From positions 3,744,001-3,808,000 of the forward strand of contig OY762492.1 of assembly GCA_963665845.2 (NCBI GenBank): 64,000 nt of DNA. The letters run 5' to 3'. Below the pieces are notes generated by a model, which did no database searches, was not told where the DNA came from, and worked only from the letters and a program-made list of their open reading frames with translations. Numbering within the stretch: the first letter of the stretch is position 1; each line of letters starts with the position of its first letter. A program made the translations under genes and the position numbers. This document shows, in pieces, positions 19,551-28,327 of the stretch. The DNA comes from Candidatus Poribacteria bacterium (GTDB taxonomy: Bacteria; Poribacteria; WGA-4E; GCA-2687025).

Positions 19551-20798
19551 ATGACGCGCATTGAGCCGTTTCGAGGCATGAGATACAACCCAGAGGCGGT
19601 CGGTTCCATCGCGGATGTGATTTCGCCGCCGTATGATGTGATTTCGCCAAAAGCGCAGCAAGAACTTCACAACCGACACCCCGCCAACTTTGTCCGCCTA
19701 GAATACGGCAGGCATGGCGGGGGCGAAGACCGATACGCTTCGGCGCGGCGGTTGATGAACGCATGGCTCCACGACGGAACGCTCATGGAGGAGGATCGCC
19801 CCGCGTTTTATGTGTATGAGCAGACCTTCCAGCTGCCCGAAGCGGAGCATGTTGAACGGCGCCGATTGACCGCCTTCGCCGCGATAAAACTGGAACCGTG
19901 GGGAAACGGCGTCTATCCGCATGAGCGGACGCTTGCCGCGCCGAAGGCAGACCGCATGCGCCTCATGGAAGCGTGCAGGGCGAACCTGTCGCCGATATTG
20001 GGCGTCGCGCAGGACCCGCAGGGAATCTTCAACAACGCGCTTCGAGAGACGGCGGACGCCTCGGAGCCGGCGGTGGACGTTGTCGACCCGCTGGGGCAGC
20101 GGCACCGGCTATGGGTCGTCCATCAGCCGAGCGAAATAGCGCGGATACAGCATGCCTTCGACGGCGCCGGCGTCACCATCGCGGACGGGCATCACCGATA
20201 TGAAACGGCGCTGGCGTACCGCAGCCGGCATCCGAGCGGCGCGGCAGATTTCGCCCTCATCGGCTTGACCTCCAGCGGCGCGGAGGATCTTGTCATTTTG
20301 CCGATTCACCGCCTTATCTCTGGCGCCGCGCCTGAACGGCTTTCAACGCTCGCCGAGAACTTGACGAAAACGTTTCATATTCGGCGGCGGCGGCTTGACG
20401 AAGAATTGACCGATAAGAAAGTTGACTTCTCGCTTTACCTGGGAGGAGAGGAGCTGCTGGACGCGAAGCTGCGCGGAGACGCTGTCGGCGCGTTGGCGGA
20501 TTTGCCGGCGGCGCTTGCCGAGCTTCCAGTGTCGAAGCTGCATGCGGTTTTGCTGCGGGAGACGCTCCATATCGACACGAACGAGGAAGCGGGGCAGCGG
20601 CAGGTTTCCTACACAGCGCGGCGGACCGAAGCGCTGGAGAAAGTCCGCGGCGGAGAGGCGCAGCTGGCGGCGTTGACAAGCCCGTTGCCGATGTCGGCGG
20701 TGGAAAAAACGGCGCGGGCGGGCTGCGCGATGCCTCAAAAATCGACCTATTTTTATCCGAAGCTGCCGTCCGGGCTGGTCGCGCGCCGACTTCTATAA
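19551..20798 (+). CDS. DUF1015 family protein
   Basis: SPPYDVIS, PHERT, IADGHHRYETA, MPQKSTYFYPKLPSGL. Confidence 0.92.
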   Translation: MTRIEPFRGMRYNPEAVGSIADVISPPYDVISPKAQQELHNRHPANFVRLEYGRHGGGEDRYASARRLMNAWLHDGTLMEEDRPAFYVYEQTFQLPEAEHVERRRLTAFAAIKLEPWGNGVYPHERTLAAPKADRMRLMEACRANLSPILGVAQDPQGIFNNALRETADASEPAVDVVDPLGQRHRLWVVHQPSEIARIQHAFDGAGVTIADGHHRYETALAYRSRHPSGAADFALIGLTSSGAEDLVILPIHRLISGAAPERLSTLAENLTKTFHIRRRRLDEELTDKKVDFSLYLGGEELLDAKLRGDAVGALADLPAALAELPVSKLHAVLLRETLHIDTNEEAGQRQVSYTARRTEALEKVRGGEAQLAALTSPLPMSAVEKTARAGCAMPQKSTYFYPKLPSGLVARRLL

Positions 20799-20818
20799 AC
20801 GTATGACGGGAGGCGGAC

Positions 20819-21805
20819 ATGTCCAAACCGCTGCTGGAGGTTCAGGGGCTGCGCGTCGTTTTTTCTACCGACAAGGGACCGCTGCGCGCCGTGGACGATG
20901 TCAGCTTCTCGATACCGCGCGGCAAGACGCTCGCGGTCGTCGGCGAAAGCGGATGCGGCAAAAGCATGACGGCGCTCTCCATCATGCGGCTCGTCCCGCC
21001 GCCGGGGCGCATTGAGGCGGGTTCCATACTTTACCGCCCGGACGCCGACGCCGATCCCATCGACCTGGCGCAGCTGCCGCCCAAAGGCGAACGGATGCGC
21101 TCCATACGCGGCAACGAGATCGCCATGATCTTTCAGGAGCCGATGACCTCGCTGAACCCCGTCTACACGATCGGGAATCAGATAGGCGAAGCGGTGCGGC
21201 TTCATCAGCGGCGCAACCGCAAGGAAGCGCGACAAGCCGCCGCGTCCATGTTGAAACGGGTCGGCATACCGGACGCGGAGCAGCGCGTGGACGCCTACCC
21301 GCATCAGCTGTCGGGCGGAATGCGGCAGCGCGCAATGATCGCGATGGCGTTGTCATGCCGCCCCAGCCTGCTCATCGCGGACGAGCCGACGACGGCGCTG
21401 GATGTGACGATACAGGCGCAGGTTCTAGACCTGCTGCGCGGGCTGCAGGAGGAGATGGGCATGGCGCTGCTGCTCATCACGCATGATCTGGGCGTTGTCG
21501 CGTCGATGGCGGACGAGGTGGCGGTTCTGTATGCGGGTCGGGCGGCGGAGATTTGCGGGGCGGAGGCGGCGTTTTCTAACCCGCTGCATCCCTACACACA
21601 GGGGCTGCTGGCGTCCGTCCCGACGCTGAGCGGATCAAGCGAGGGGCGAATGCGGTCGCTGCCCGGACGCGCGCCCCATCCGTTAGAGCTGCCGCAAGGA
21701 TGCGCCTTCTCGCCCAGATGTCCGGAGCGGGCGGAGGTGTGCAGGGAAGAGCCGATGCTGAAGGAGATGGGGGATGGGCGGGCTGTGCGGTGTTGGATGC
21801 GTTGA
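20819..21805 (+). CDS. oligopeptide/dipeptide ABC transporter ATP-binding protein (OppD/DppD-like)
   Basis: [39 protein letters not shown]-terminal Cys motif. Confidence 0.93.
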   Translation: MSKPLLEVQGLRVVFSTDKGPLRAVDDVSFSIPRGKTLAVVGESGCGKSMTALSIMRLVPPPGRIEAGSILYRPDADADPIDLAQLPPKGERMRSIRGNEIAMIFQEPMTSLNPVYTIGNQIGEAVRLHQRRNRKEARQAAASMLKRVGIPDAEQRVDAYPHQLSGGMRQRAMIAMALSCRPSLLIADEPTTALDVTIQAQVLDLLRGLQEEMGMALLLITHDLGVVASMADEVAVLYAGRAAEICGAEAAFSNPLHPYTQGLLASVPTLSGSSEGRMRSLPGRAPHPLELPQGCAFSPRCPERAEVCREEPMLKEMGDGRAVRCWMR

Positions 21806-21857
21806 GCATTAGGGGGTTTCGCCGTTGGCTAGGCTATTCATCGCATAAGGCGATCCG

Positions 21858-21900
21858 CGGGAGCGCAGACACTTGAAGGCGTCTGCGCTCCCGACTTTTT
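21858..21900. terminator. intrinsic terminator between convergent genes
   Basis: cgggagcgcagac-loop-gtctgcgctcccg followed by acttttt. Confidence 0.7.
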
Positions 21901-22514
21901 CATGATCTGTTGTATGACATCATCGGTTCGGTGAAGTCATATTTGCAATTGTGTCGATCTTTGAACGTGAGCTCAATCAGCGTCCGGAGTTTGTGTGGCT
22001 CCTGGATGGTTTTCCAGTCCGTGACTGAGATTAAAGCTTCTGGCTTCAGGATGTTGCGAATCATTCGCATTGATGCGAATGGATGTCGGCGTTTGCATTC
22101 TGCCACGGTTTGCGGTCCTGGGACCCAATTGGCAGTGGTGGGCTGGTATAGTTTCAGTTCCCCTTCGTGTGACACCGTGATTTTGTAATGAGGGCGGATT
22201 GATTCCAGACACACGATGAGTATGCCTGATTTTTTGTTTATCGTTCCGTCGATCATGCTGGAGTAAAGTTCCCAGTCAACGTGTTTGCGTTTCATGGTTT
22301 CTTTACCAAGCAGAACGATGGTGACCGTTGAGTCTCTTAGGTATTCGTCGCGGATTTTTTCGCGGATTTTTTCTGGTGGGAGATTTTCATCAATGTCGCC
22401 TGTGTCTACAGAGCGGTCAATGAAAATCTCATGCTCATCGTTGAGTTTGATGAGTTTTTCTTTGTCTCTCTGGTCGTTGCCGTGATGGTACGAGATGAAG
22501 ACTTTGTGCTGCAC
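21900..22514 (-). CDS. TIR domain protein, Thoeris ThsB-like (MTH538/DUF1863 type)
   Basis: HKVFISYHH, IREKIRDEYLRDSTVTIVLLGKET, KHVDWELYSS (catalytic Glu position); GTG 22514 with GGAGG RBS (track start TTG 22526). Confidence 0.88.
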   Translation of the reverse strand: MQHKVFISYHHGNDQRDKEKLIKLNDEHEIFIDRSVDTGDIDENLPPEKIREKIRDEYLRDSTVTIVLLGKETMKRKHVDWELYSSMIDGTINKKSGILIVCLESIRPHYKITVSHEGELKLYQPTTANWVPGPQTVAECKRRHPFASMRMIRNILKPEALISVTDWKTIQEPHKLRTLIELTFKDRHNCKYDFTEPMMSYNRS

Positions 22515-22527
22515 CTGTCCCTCCAAT

Positions 22528-22929
22528 TCAAATTTTGTTTGCCAGCATTAAGGCGCCGATCACGATGCAAAGGATTCCTGCCACATACAGTCCTTTGACG
22601 ATTTTGAAGGCGATGCCGTGTTTCGTCGCCTCTGGGATGTCTGTGTCGCCGACCTCCTTTCCAAATTTCCGGAGAGTTTTTGAAGTCATGATGATGCCGT
22701 CGCCGATCTTTTTGCTTACTCTGCCCAAAACGATGAAAACGATTCCTATGCCGACATAACTGATCCCAGCCAGGATGTTAGTTTGTGGGCCGCCTTTGAA
22801 TCCGAGAACGAATGCCGTCGTTAATACGGCGATTTGGAACATCTGCCAGCGGAGCCGGTCTAGATATCGCCATGTTTCGTATCGCTGTTTGTAAATCTCA
22901 AGATGATTTTGGTCTTGTTGATCGGTCAT
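22528..22929 (-). CDS. 3-TM membrane protein, putative effector
   Basis: Helix LEIYKQRYETWRYLDRLRWQ then three hydrophobic segments; tightly coupled to the TIR gene. Confidence 0.7.
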   Translation of the reverse strand: MTDQQDQNHLEIYKQRYETWRYLDRLRWQMFQIAVLTTAFVLGFKGGPQTNILAGISYVGIGIVFIVLGRVSKKIGDGIIMTSKTLRKFGKEVGDTDIPEATKHGIAFKIVKGLYVAGILCIVIGALMLANKI

Positions 22930-23016
22930 GTTTGTCGCCGTTCGTTTCAGCCATCTTTATAGAGAGTCTGCCATGCGTTTTTTCGGAAGTCAAATTTTTC
23001 TGGGTTTATTTGGCGG

Positions 23017-24354
23017 CTACCCGTTCGGCGGCCCCTGGTTGCGCTTTCCGCTAGCCATGATCTCTTGCCGACGCTTGATCCATCCCTTGTCGGTCAGCAG
23101 CTTGATCAGTTCTTCGTGCGACTTTGTGCCTTTATGCGCGTTGCAGGACGCGCAAAGCAGCTGCAGGTTGCTGATATGGTCGTTCCCGCCATGCGCGCGC
23201 GGGATGATATGATCCACCTGAAAATGCCGCGGCTCAAAATGCGTCCCGCAAGCTGTGCAGTAACCGCCTTGTTCCCCGTAAAGATAACGGCGGTTCTCGG
23301 CGCAATTGTATTTCGGGATTTTGCCCAGATCGGTACGCTTCGGTATGTCGGTTCGATGCGCGCCTTGATATGTCAGCCCGACCTCTTCCTGCAGGCGCGA
23401 CTGAACAAGATCCGCCGCCTTATCCGAAATATCGATCCCGACCCAATTTCGCTGGAGCTGTTCGGCGGCGATGCATGTCGTCGCGCAGCCGCAAAACGGA
23501 TCCATGACCATATCGCCTTCGTTCGATGACGCCTCAATGACGCGGCGCAAAAGAGCCAACGGCTTTTGCGTCGGATAGCCGGTCCGTTCTTTGCTAGATG
23601 TGTTCAGCTGTATACCGTCCTCAACCCAAAGCGAACCAATCATCGCGCCGGGCTGCTCGTCTAAGTATATTTTGCGCTGCTTGCCCGTGAGTTGATATTG
23701 GCGTCCCCTGGAAAGACGATACCGGCGGCCGTCGCTGTCAACGAATCGATATTCCTTAGAAATTTCCTTTTCTGGCATCGGGATATAGACAGGTGAAAAT
23801 GCAGCGTTTTTGCTCGCCGCATAAAACAGGATGGTGTCCTGTTGCGTTGGAAACTTGCGCTTCGCGTTGCTCTTCCGCCCAGAGTATTTCCTCCAGACGA
23901 TTTCGTTTCTGAAATTCGCCTTCCCGAAAACCGAGTCCATCAGCAGTTTCAGATAATGGCTCGCCGTCGGGTCGCAATGGAGGTAGATGGAGCCGTCCGG
24001 TTTCAGCAGCCTGCGCATTTCCATGACGCGGATCGACATGTAGATCAGGTAGCTCATCATGGAGTCGCCGTGTATGTCGCGCGTTGCGGTCAAGAGGGCG
24101 TAGAGGCCGGGATACTCATGCTTGATCTCGCCATGCCAGACCAGGTTCACATCGTCCAGCCCCCAGGTGTCTTTGAAGGCGGCGCCCGCCGCTTTGCTTC
24201 CGATGGGCGCGGCGTAGTTCGCTTTGCTGTTGAACGGCGGGTCTAAGTAGATCAGGTCAACGCTGTTGGAGTTCATGCCGCGCATGATGTCCAGGTTGTC
24301 GCCTGTCCATATCGTCTGCGAAGCGAAGTTAGCGGCGCGCGTTTCTTGTTTCAT
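23017..24354 (-). CDS. DNA methyltransferase fused to C-terminal HNH endonuclease
   Basis: LDPPFN, YLHCD, YPTQKP, DPFCGCATT; then CTAC...VDHIIP...GGNDHISNLQLLCASCN; likely start ATG 24354. Confidence 0.9.
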   Translation of the reverse strand: MKQETRAANFASQTIWTGDNLDIMRGMNSNSVDLIYLDPPFNSKANYAAPIGSKAAGAAFKDTWGLDDVNLVWHGEIKHEYPGLYALLTATRDIHGDSMMSYLIYMSIRVMEMRRLLKPDGSIYLHCDPTASHYLKLLMDSVFGKANFRNEIVWRKYSGRKSNAKRKFPTQQDTILFYAASKNAAFSPVYIPMPEKEISKEYRFVDSDGRRYRLSRGRQYQLTGKQRKIYLDEQPGAMIGSLWVEDGIQLNTSSKERTGYPTQKPLALLRRVIEASSNEGDMVMDPFCGCATTCIAAEQLQRNWVGIDISDKAADLVQSRLQEEVGLTYQGAHRTDIPKRTDLGKIPKYNCAENRRYLYGEQGGYCTACGTHFEPRHFQVDHIIPRAHGGNDHISNLQLLCASCNAHKGTKSHEELIKLLTDKGWIKRRQEIMASGKRNQGPPNG

Positions 24355-24477
24355 CTGCCATCCTGCAGAAAGCGAAATTGACCTTGACGCTTCTATGTTA
24401 CCATGAATCGTCTGGAAAGTGGAACCGCCTTTTTCATTGGGCAGTACGCTCATACGGGTATATTCGCGGAGCCGAGT

Positions 24478-24575
24478 CCGATTCCCCCCTTGAAAAGGGG
24501 GGCTAGGGGGGGTTTAAAGCACGGGCGCGGCGGCTGCGATGTCTTAAGATTCCCGCTTACGCGGGAATGACGACC
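24478..24575. repeat. REP cluster
   Basis: gattcccccttgaaaaggggggctagggggg and aagattcccgcttacgcgggaatgac; same layout as 11950-12045. Confidence 0.85.
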
Positions 24576-24759
24576 CAGTTGGCGACGCGGACGCGGCGGC
24601 TCTCCTTATATAAGGGGGTGGGGAGGGCGGGGTTTGAAAGGGGGGATGCCCCGCCCTCTATTCAGCCGCGCGCCGCTGGGGGGTAGCGGCGCGTCGGCTC
24701 CCCCTTGCCGGCGTGTCATATTCAAAAAAAACATGCCGGCAAGCTCTCAATTCGTCAAA

Positions 24760-25644
24760 TCAAAGCAGCGACTTCAGATAATCGATCGATGATCGAGTCG
24801 CTTCGGTGTACTCCTCGTCGGTTAAAACGCCGCCGCCATGGTCTTCAATAAACTTCAGCTCCGCCGCCGACGCGCCTTCCGCGATAGCGGCTTCTCTGCC
24901 CGCGCCGAGTATCGTCCGTTCAATCGGGTTCACAAACTCGACCGTCAAACGCCCCTCGTATCCGATCTCCTGAAGCGTTTCAATCGTCCCCGCCCAGTCG
25001 TAATGCCCTTCGCCTGGGGGTCGGCGGTTCGTGTCCGCCACATGAAAATCGATCAGCTTGCTTCCCGCGTCGCGTATCGCCGCGAGCGCGTCGGTCTCTT
25101 CGATGTTCATATGGAAAGCGTCCAAGCAGACGCAGATGTCGCCGCCGACCGCTTCCGCCAGCGCCAGCGCCTGATCGCCTCGGTTGATAAAGTAGGTTTC
25201 AAAGCGGTTGATCGGTTCAATGGCGATCGTCACGCCGCATTCCCGCGCGACATCCGCGACCCGCTTCAAGCCGTCCACCGCCCATTCCCACTCCTCTTCA
25301 ATGGAGGCGTCCGGGGATATTTTGCCGACGGTCGCGGGGACGGTCGTCAAAATCTTTCCGCCCAGTCCGCCGACCATGCGCGCGCAGTCTTGCAGATAAT
25401 GAATCGTCCCTTCGCGCAGATACTTGTCGCCGAGGGTCAGCCCGCGCCCCTCCGTCATGATCGAGACGGACCCCCAGCAGCCGATGCCGTGTTTCTCTAG
25501 AAGCGCGCGCGTTTCGTCCACGTCGTATTTGTCCGGCTCGCCGCTGATTTCGATCTCGTCGTATCCGCAGTCGCTCAGGCGCGCGACGGTCGTCTCAAGC
25601 GGTTCGGGGCGCATCCAGTTGTGCATCGCGATCTTCATCTTCAA
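24760..25644 (-). CDS. sugar phosphate isomerase/epimerase (xylose isomerase-like TIM barrel, D-tagatose 3-epimerase-like)
   Basis: IEPINRFET, LDAFHMNIEE, FHVADTNRRPPGEG, TVEF. Confidence 0.9.
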   Translation of the reverse strand: MKMKIAMHNWMRPEPLETTVARLSDCGYDEIEISGEPDKYDVDETRALLEKHGIGCWGSVSIMTEGRGLTLGDKYLREGTIHYLQDCARMVGGLGGKILTTVPATVGKISPDASIEEEWEWAVDGLKRVADVARECGVTIAIEPINRFETYFINRGDQALALAEAVGGDICVCLDAFHMNIEETDALAAIRDAGSKLIDFHVADTNRRPPGEGHYDWAGTIETLQEIGYEGRLTVEFVNPIERTILGAGREAAIAEGASAAELKFIEDHGGGVLTDEEYTEATRSSIDYLKSLL

Positions 25645-25707
25645 ACTCTCCGCCTAAAATATCGGGTCGCCAACATCATATACCGAACTGCGCCTGAAAT
25701 CAATACG

Positions 25708-25761
25708 AAAAACGGCAGAGCCGCGTTGCGCCTTTAAGCGGGCAACCGCGGCTCCGCCGTT
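25708..25761 (-). terminator. putative intrinsic terminator
   Basis: aacggcagagccgcgttg...caaccgcggctccgccgtt hairpin followed by a T-tract on the minus strand. Confidence 0.6.
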
Positions 25762-25773
25762 CGTCATGGACGC

Positions 25774-26544
25774 TTAGCGGGCTTTCAAGCTCGCCCACTG
25801 CAGCGCCTGTTTGCCATGCGGCTCGACGGATAAGCCGCCCAGCTTCAGGCTGTTCACCTCGTTTTCGGTCAACGCCGTATCGTAGATGCGCGACTCGTCA
25901 ATGTGCGCAATCAGATGTCCAGGACCTCCAAGCCCGTTCGTGTGCCGTTTGCCCCAGATCGCTTCGGCGTCGCCGGCGGGCCACTGCCGAAGCTGCGCGT
26001 TGGGCGTTGTGTAGGTTCCAAGGCTCTCGCCGTTGCGGTAGCCCGTGATGTCGTATTTGCCGCCGTTGTCCTCGTAGGTGATGACGAGATACACCTGCGT
26101 TCCGAGGCTGTCGTCCGGCTCCGTCACGGCGTTTGGAAAGTCGGCGGTGCGCCGAAAATGGCTGCTGCCGGCCATCCACTGACGGTTGACCCGCTCCGCC
26201 CAGACGATTGCGCAGAATTGATCTACGGTCGCCTTGTCGAGCGTCAGAGCGGAGCCGCTTGTTTTGTCGAGACTGTCCAGAGTAACCCAGGTGACGAGCG
26301 AAAGTTCTATAATCGTGTCGCCTGTATAATCGAGCGAATGCGCCCATTTGGAAGCGTCCACGACCAGCTCGCCGTTGTCAATTTCGGCTCCGCCATGAAC
26401 CGCCACATCGCCCCAGTTGCCTGTTTCTTCGGTCAAATCGTCAAATTTCCACCAGCCGACCAGATGGTCGTCCGGCGAGGAGAACGCGGGAGAGGCGATC
26501 AGTATCGCCAGCGCCGCGCCCCAAAGAGTCGCTTTTTTCAACAT
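25774..26544 (-). CDS. secreted LamG/concanavalin-like domain protein with conserved C-terminal tail
   Basis: Signal peptide, LVGWWKFD, IDESRIYDTALTENEV, tail LSVEPHGKQALQWASLKAR. Confidence 0.8.
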   Translation of the reverse strand: MLKKATLWGAALAILIASPAFSSPDDHLVGWWKFDDLTEETGNWGDVAVHGGAEIDNGELVVDASKWAHSLDYTGDTIIELSLVTWVTLDSLDKTSGSALTLDKATVDQFCAIVWAERVNRQWMAGSSHFRRTADFPNAVTEPDDSLGTQVYLVITYEDNGGKYDITGYRNGESLGTYTTPNAQLRQWPAGDAEAIWGKRHTNGLGGPGHLIAHIDESRIYDTALTENEVNSLKLGGLSVEPHGKQALQWASLKAR

Positions 26545-26715
26545 GAGCGCGCCTCCATTCCGATTTTTAGTTGGAGCATTATAGCGCATTTTTTATGCAA
26601 GCGCATGTCTAACCGCCTGGCCTCATGCTTCAAAACGAACAAAGCCTTAAGGTCAGGCTGGCGCGCTTGATTTCTTCAGCCAAGTCTGCCATCATAGCGG
26701 CGGTGAGGAATGCAT

Positions 26716-27222
26716 ATGAAACATGAACATCCCAAAGGAGAACCTAGGCGCATGACATGGCTGCTTTTTGCGCTCATGACCGCTCTGTTCTTCGGTCTTT
26801 ACGGCGTCTTTTTGCATACGGGCCAGATCGGCATGGCGGATCCCGACATGGGTCGGTATAAAGCGTTTCTGTTTGTCGGCATCGCGTATCTGCTGGCGGC
26901 GGTGATCGGATCCGCGCTGATGCTCTGGGCGGGCGGCGCGTCCTGGTCGTTTCCTGCCAAGGGCGCGCTCTGGTCGACAATGGCTGGGCTGGCTGGCGCG
27001 ATCGGCGCGTTCGGCATCCTGTTGTCGTTCGGCGCAAGAGGAACCCCCGCGGTCGTCATGTCGATTGTGTTTGCCGGCGCGCCGATAGTGAACGCTTTTG
27101 CGGCGGCGATTGCGCATCCGCCTAAAGACGGCTGGGGAAGCGTCCAATGGCCGTTCTATGTCGGCATACTGCTGGCGGCGGCGGGGGGCTGCCTTGTGAC
27201 GCTGTATCGACCCGGCTCTTGA
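26716..27222 (+). CDS. small multi-pass membrane protein (DMT/EamA-like)
   Basis: About 5 TM segments, WLLFALMTALFFGLYG; start uncertain. Confidence 0.65.
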   Translation: MKHEHPKGEPRRMTWLLFALMTALFFGLYGVFLHTGQIGMADPDMGRYKAFLFVGIAYLLAAVIGSALMLWAGGASWSFPAKGALWSTMAGLAGAIGAFGILLSFGARGTPAVVMSIVFAGAPIVNAFAAAIAHPPKDGWGSVQWPFYVGILLAAAGGCLVTLYRPGS

Positions 27223-27231
27223 GGCGGCGCG

Positions 27232-27666
27232 ATGGGCAACATTTTCCGAACGAAGCGCGCCATTGAGTTCGCGGACACGGACGCCGCCGGCATCGTCCAT
27301 TTTGCGCGGTATATGACGTTCATGGAGACGGCGGAGCATCAATTTCTCCATTCGCTTGGAGCCGACGTCATGTTTGAGCATGAGGGAAATCAGATCGGGC
27401 TGCCGCGCGTTTCCGCTTCATGCGACTACAAACGCCCGCTTTTCTATAAAGACCAGATTGAAATAGATGTGCGCGTTCTCCGCATCGGGACAAAGTCGGT
27501 GAAATACGGGTTCCGCTTCACGCGCGGCGGGGAAGAGACAGCCGCCGGCTCCATTGTGTGCGCCTGCTGCCTCATCAACCCTGACGAACCAATGCGGTCG
27601 ATTGAGCTGCCGAACTTTTTTAAAGAGCTGATTGGACCTTACCTTCATGACGACGCCGCGCCTTGA
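27232..27666 (+). CDS. acyl-CoA thioesterase (4-HBT/YbgC-like)
   Basis: FADTDAAGIVHFARY. Confidence 0.9.
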   Translation: MGNIFRTKRAIEFADTDAAGIVHFARYMTFMETAEHQFLHSLGADVMFEHEGNQIGLPRVSASCDYKRPLFYKDQIEIDVRVLRIGTKSVKYGFRFTRGGEETAAGSIVCACCLINPDEPMRSIELPNFFKELIGPYLHDDAAP

Positions 27667-28327
27667 GGTTCTGGACATTCATAAAACCTTCGGCGGCGGA
27701 GAGAACGCCGTTCATGTTCTTCGGGGAGCGTCGCTGTCGTTGAACGCCGGCGAATCGCTTGCGGTGATCGGACCCTCCGGCTGCGGGAAGTCGACGCTGC
27801 TGCATATCATCGGAACGCTGGACAGACCCGATTCGGGGCGGGTGAAGATCGACGGAGAGGATCCGTTTCGGCTGAATGAGCGGGAGCTGGCGCGTTTCCG
27901 AAACCGCGATGTCGGCTTTCTGTTTCAAGACCATTGCCTGCTGCCGCAGTATTCGGGGCTAGAAAATGCGCTGCTGCCGACGCTGCCGATGAAGACCGAC
28001 CGCGCCGAAGCGCGCCAACGCGCCGAGGAACTGATGAAGCGCGTCGGGCTTCTGGACAGGCAGATGAACCGCCCCGCCGAGCTTTCCGGCGGAGAGCGGC
28101 AGCGGTTTGCGGCGGTCAGGGCGATGATCAACCGCCCGAAGCTGCTGCTGTGCGACGAGCCGACCGGAAATCTGGACGAGGCGTCCGCGCAAAAAGCCGC
28201 CGACGCCCTGTTTGAGCTGCAGGCGGCTGAAGGCGCTTCGCTGGCGATCGTGACGCATGATCCTGGATTGGCGGCGCGGTGCGATCGGCGCGTTCGTCTG
28301 GAGGGCGGCGTGTGCGTCGAGGTCTGA
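27647..28327 (+). CDS. ABC transporter ATP-binding protein (LolD/MacB-like)
   Basis: GPSGCGKS, LSGGERQR, DEPTGNLD, VTHD. Confidence 0.92.
   Translation: MTTPRLEVLDIHKTFGGGENAVHVLRGASLSLNAGESLAVIGPSGCGKSTLLHIIGTLDRPDSGRVKIDGEDPFRLNERELARFRNRDVGFLFQDHCLLPQYSGLENALLPTLPMKTDRAEARQRAEELMKRVGLLDRQMNRPAELSGGERQRFAAVRAMINRPKLLLCDEPTGNLDEASAQKAADALFELQAAEGASLAIVTHDPGLAARCDRRVRLEGGVCVEV

Noticed and set aside
21900-22526. Calling the locus canonical Thoeris
   Set aside because: No SIR2-SLOG, Macro or caspase-like ThsA nearby.
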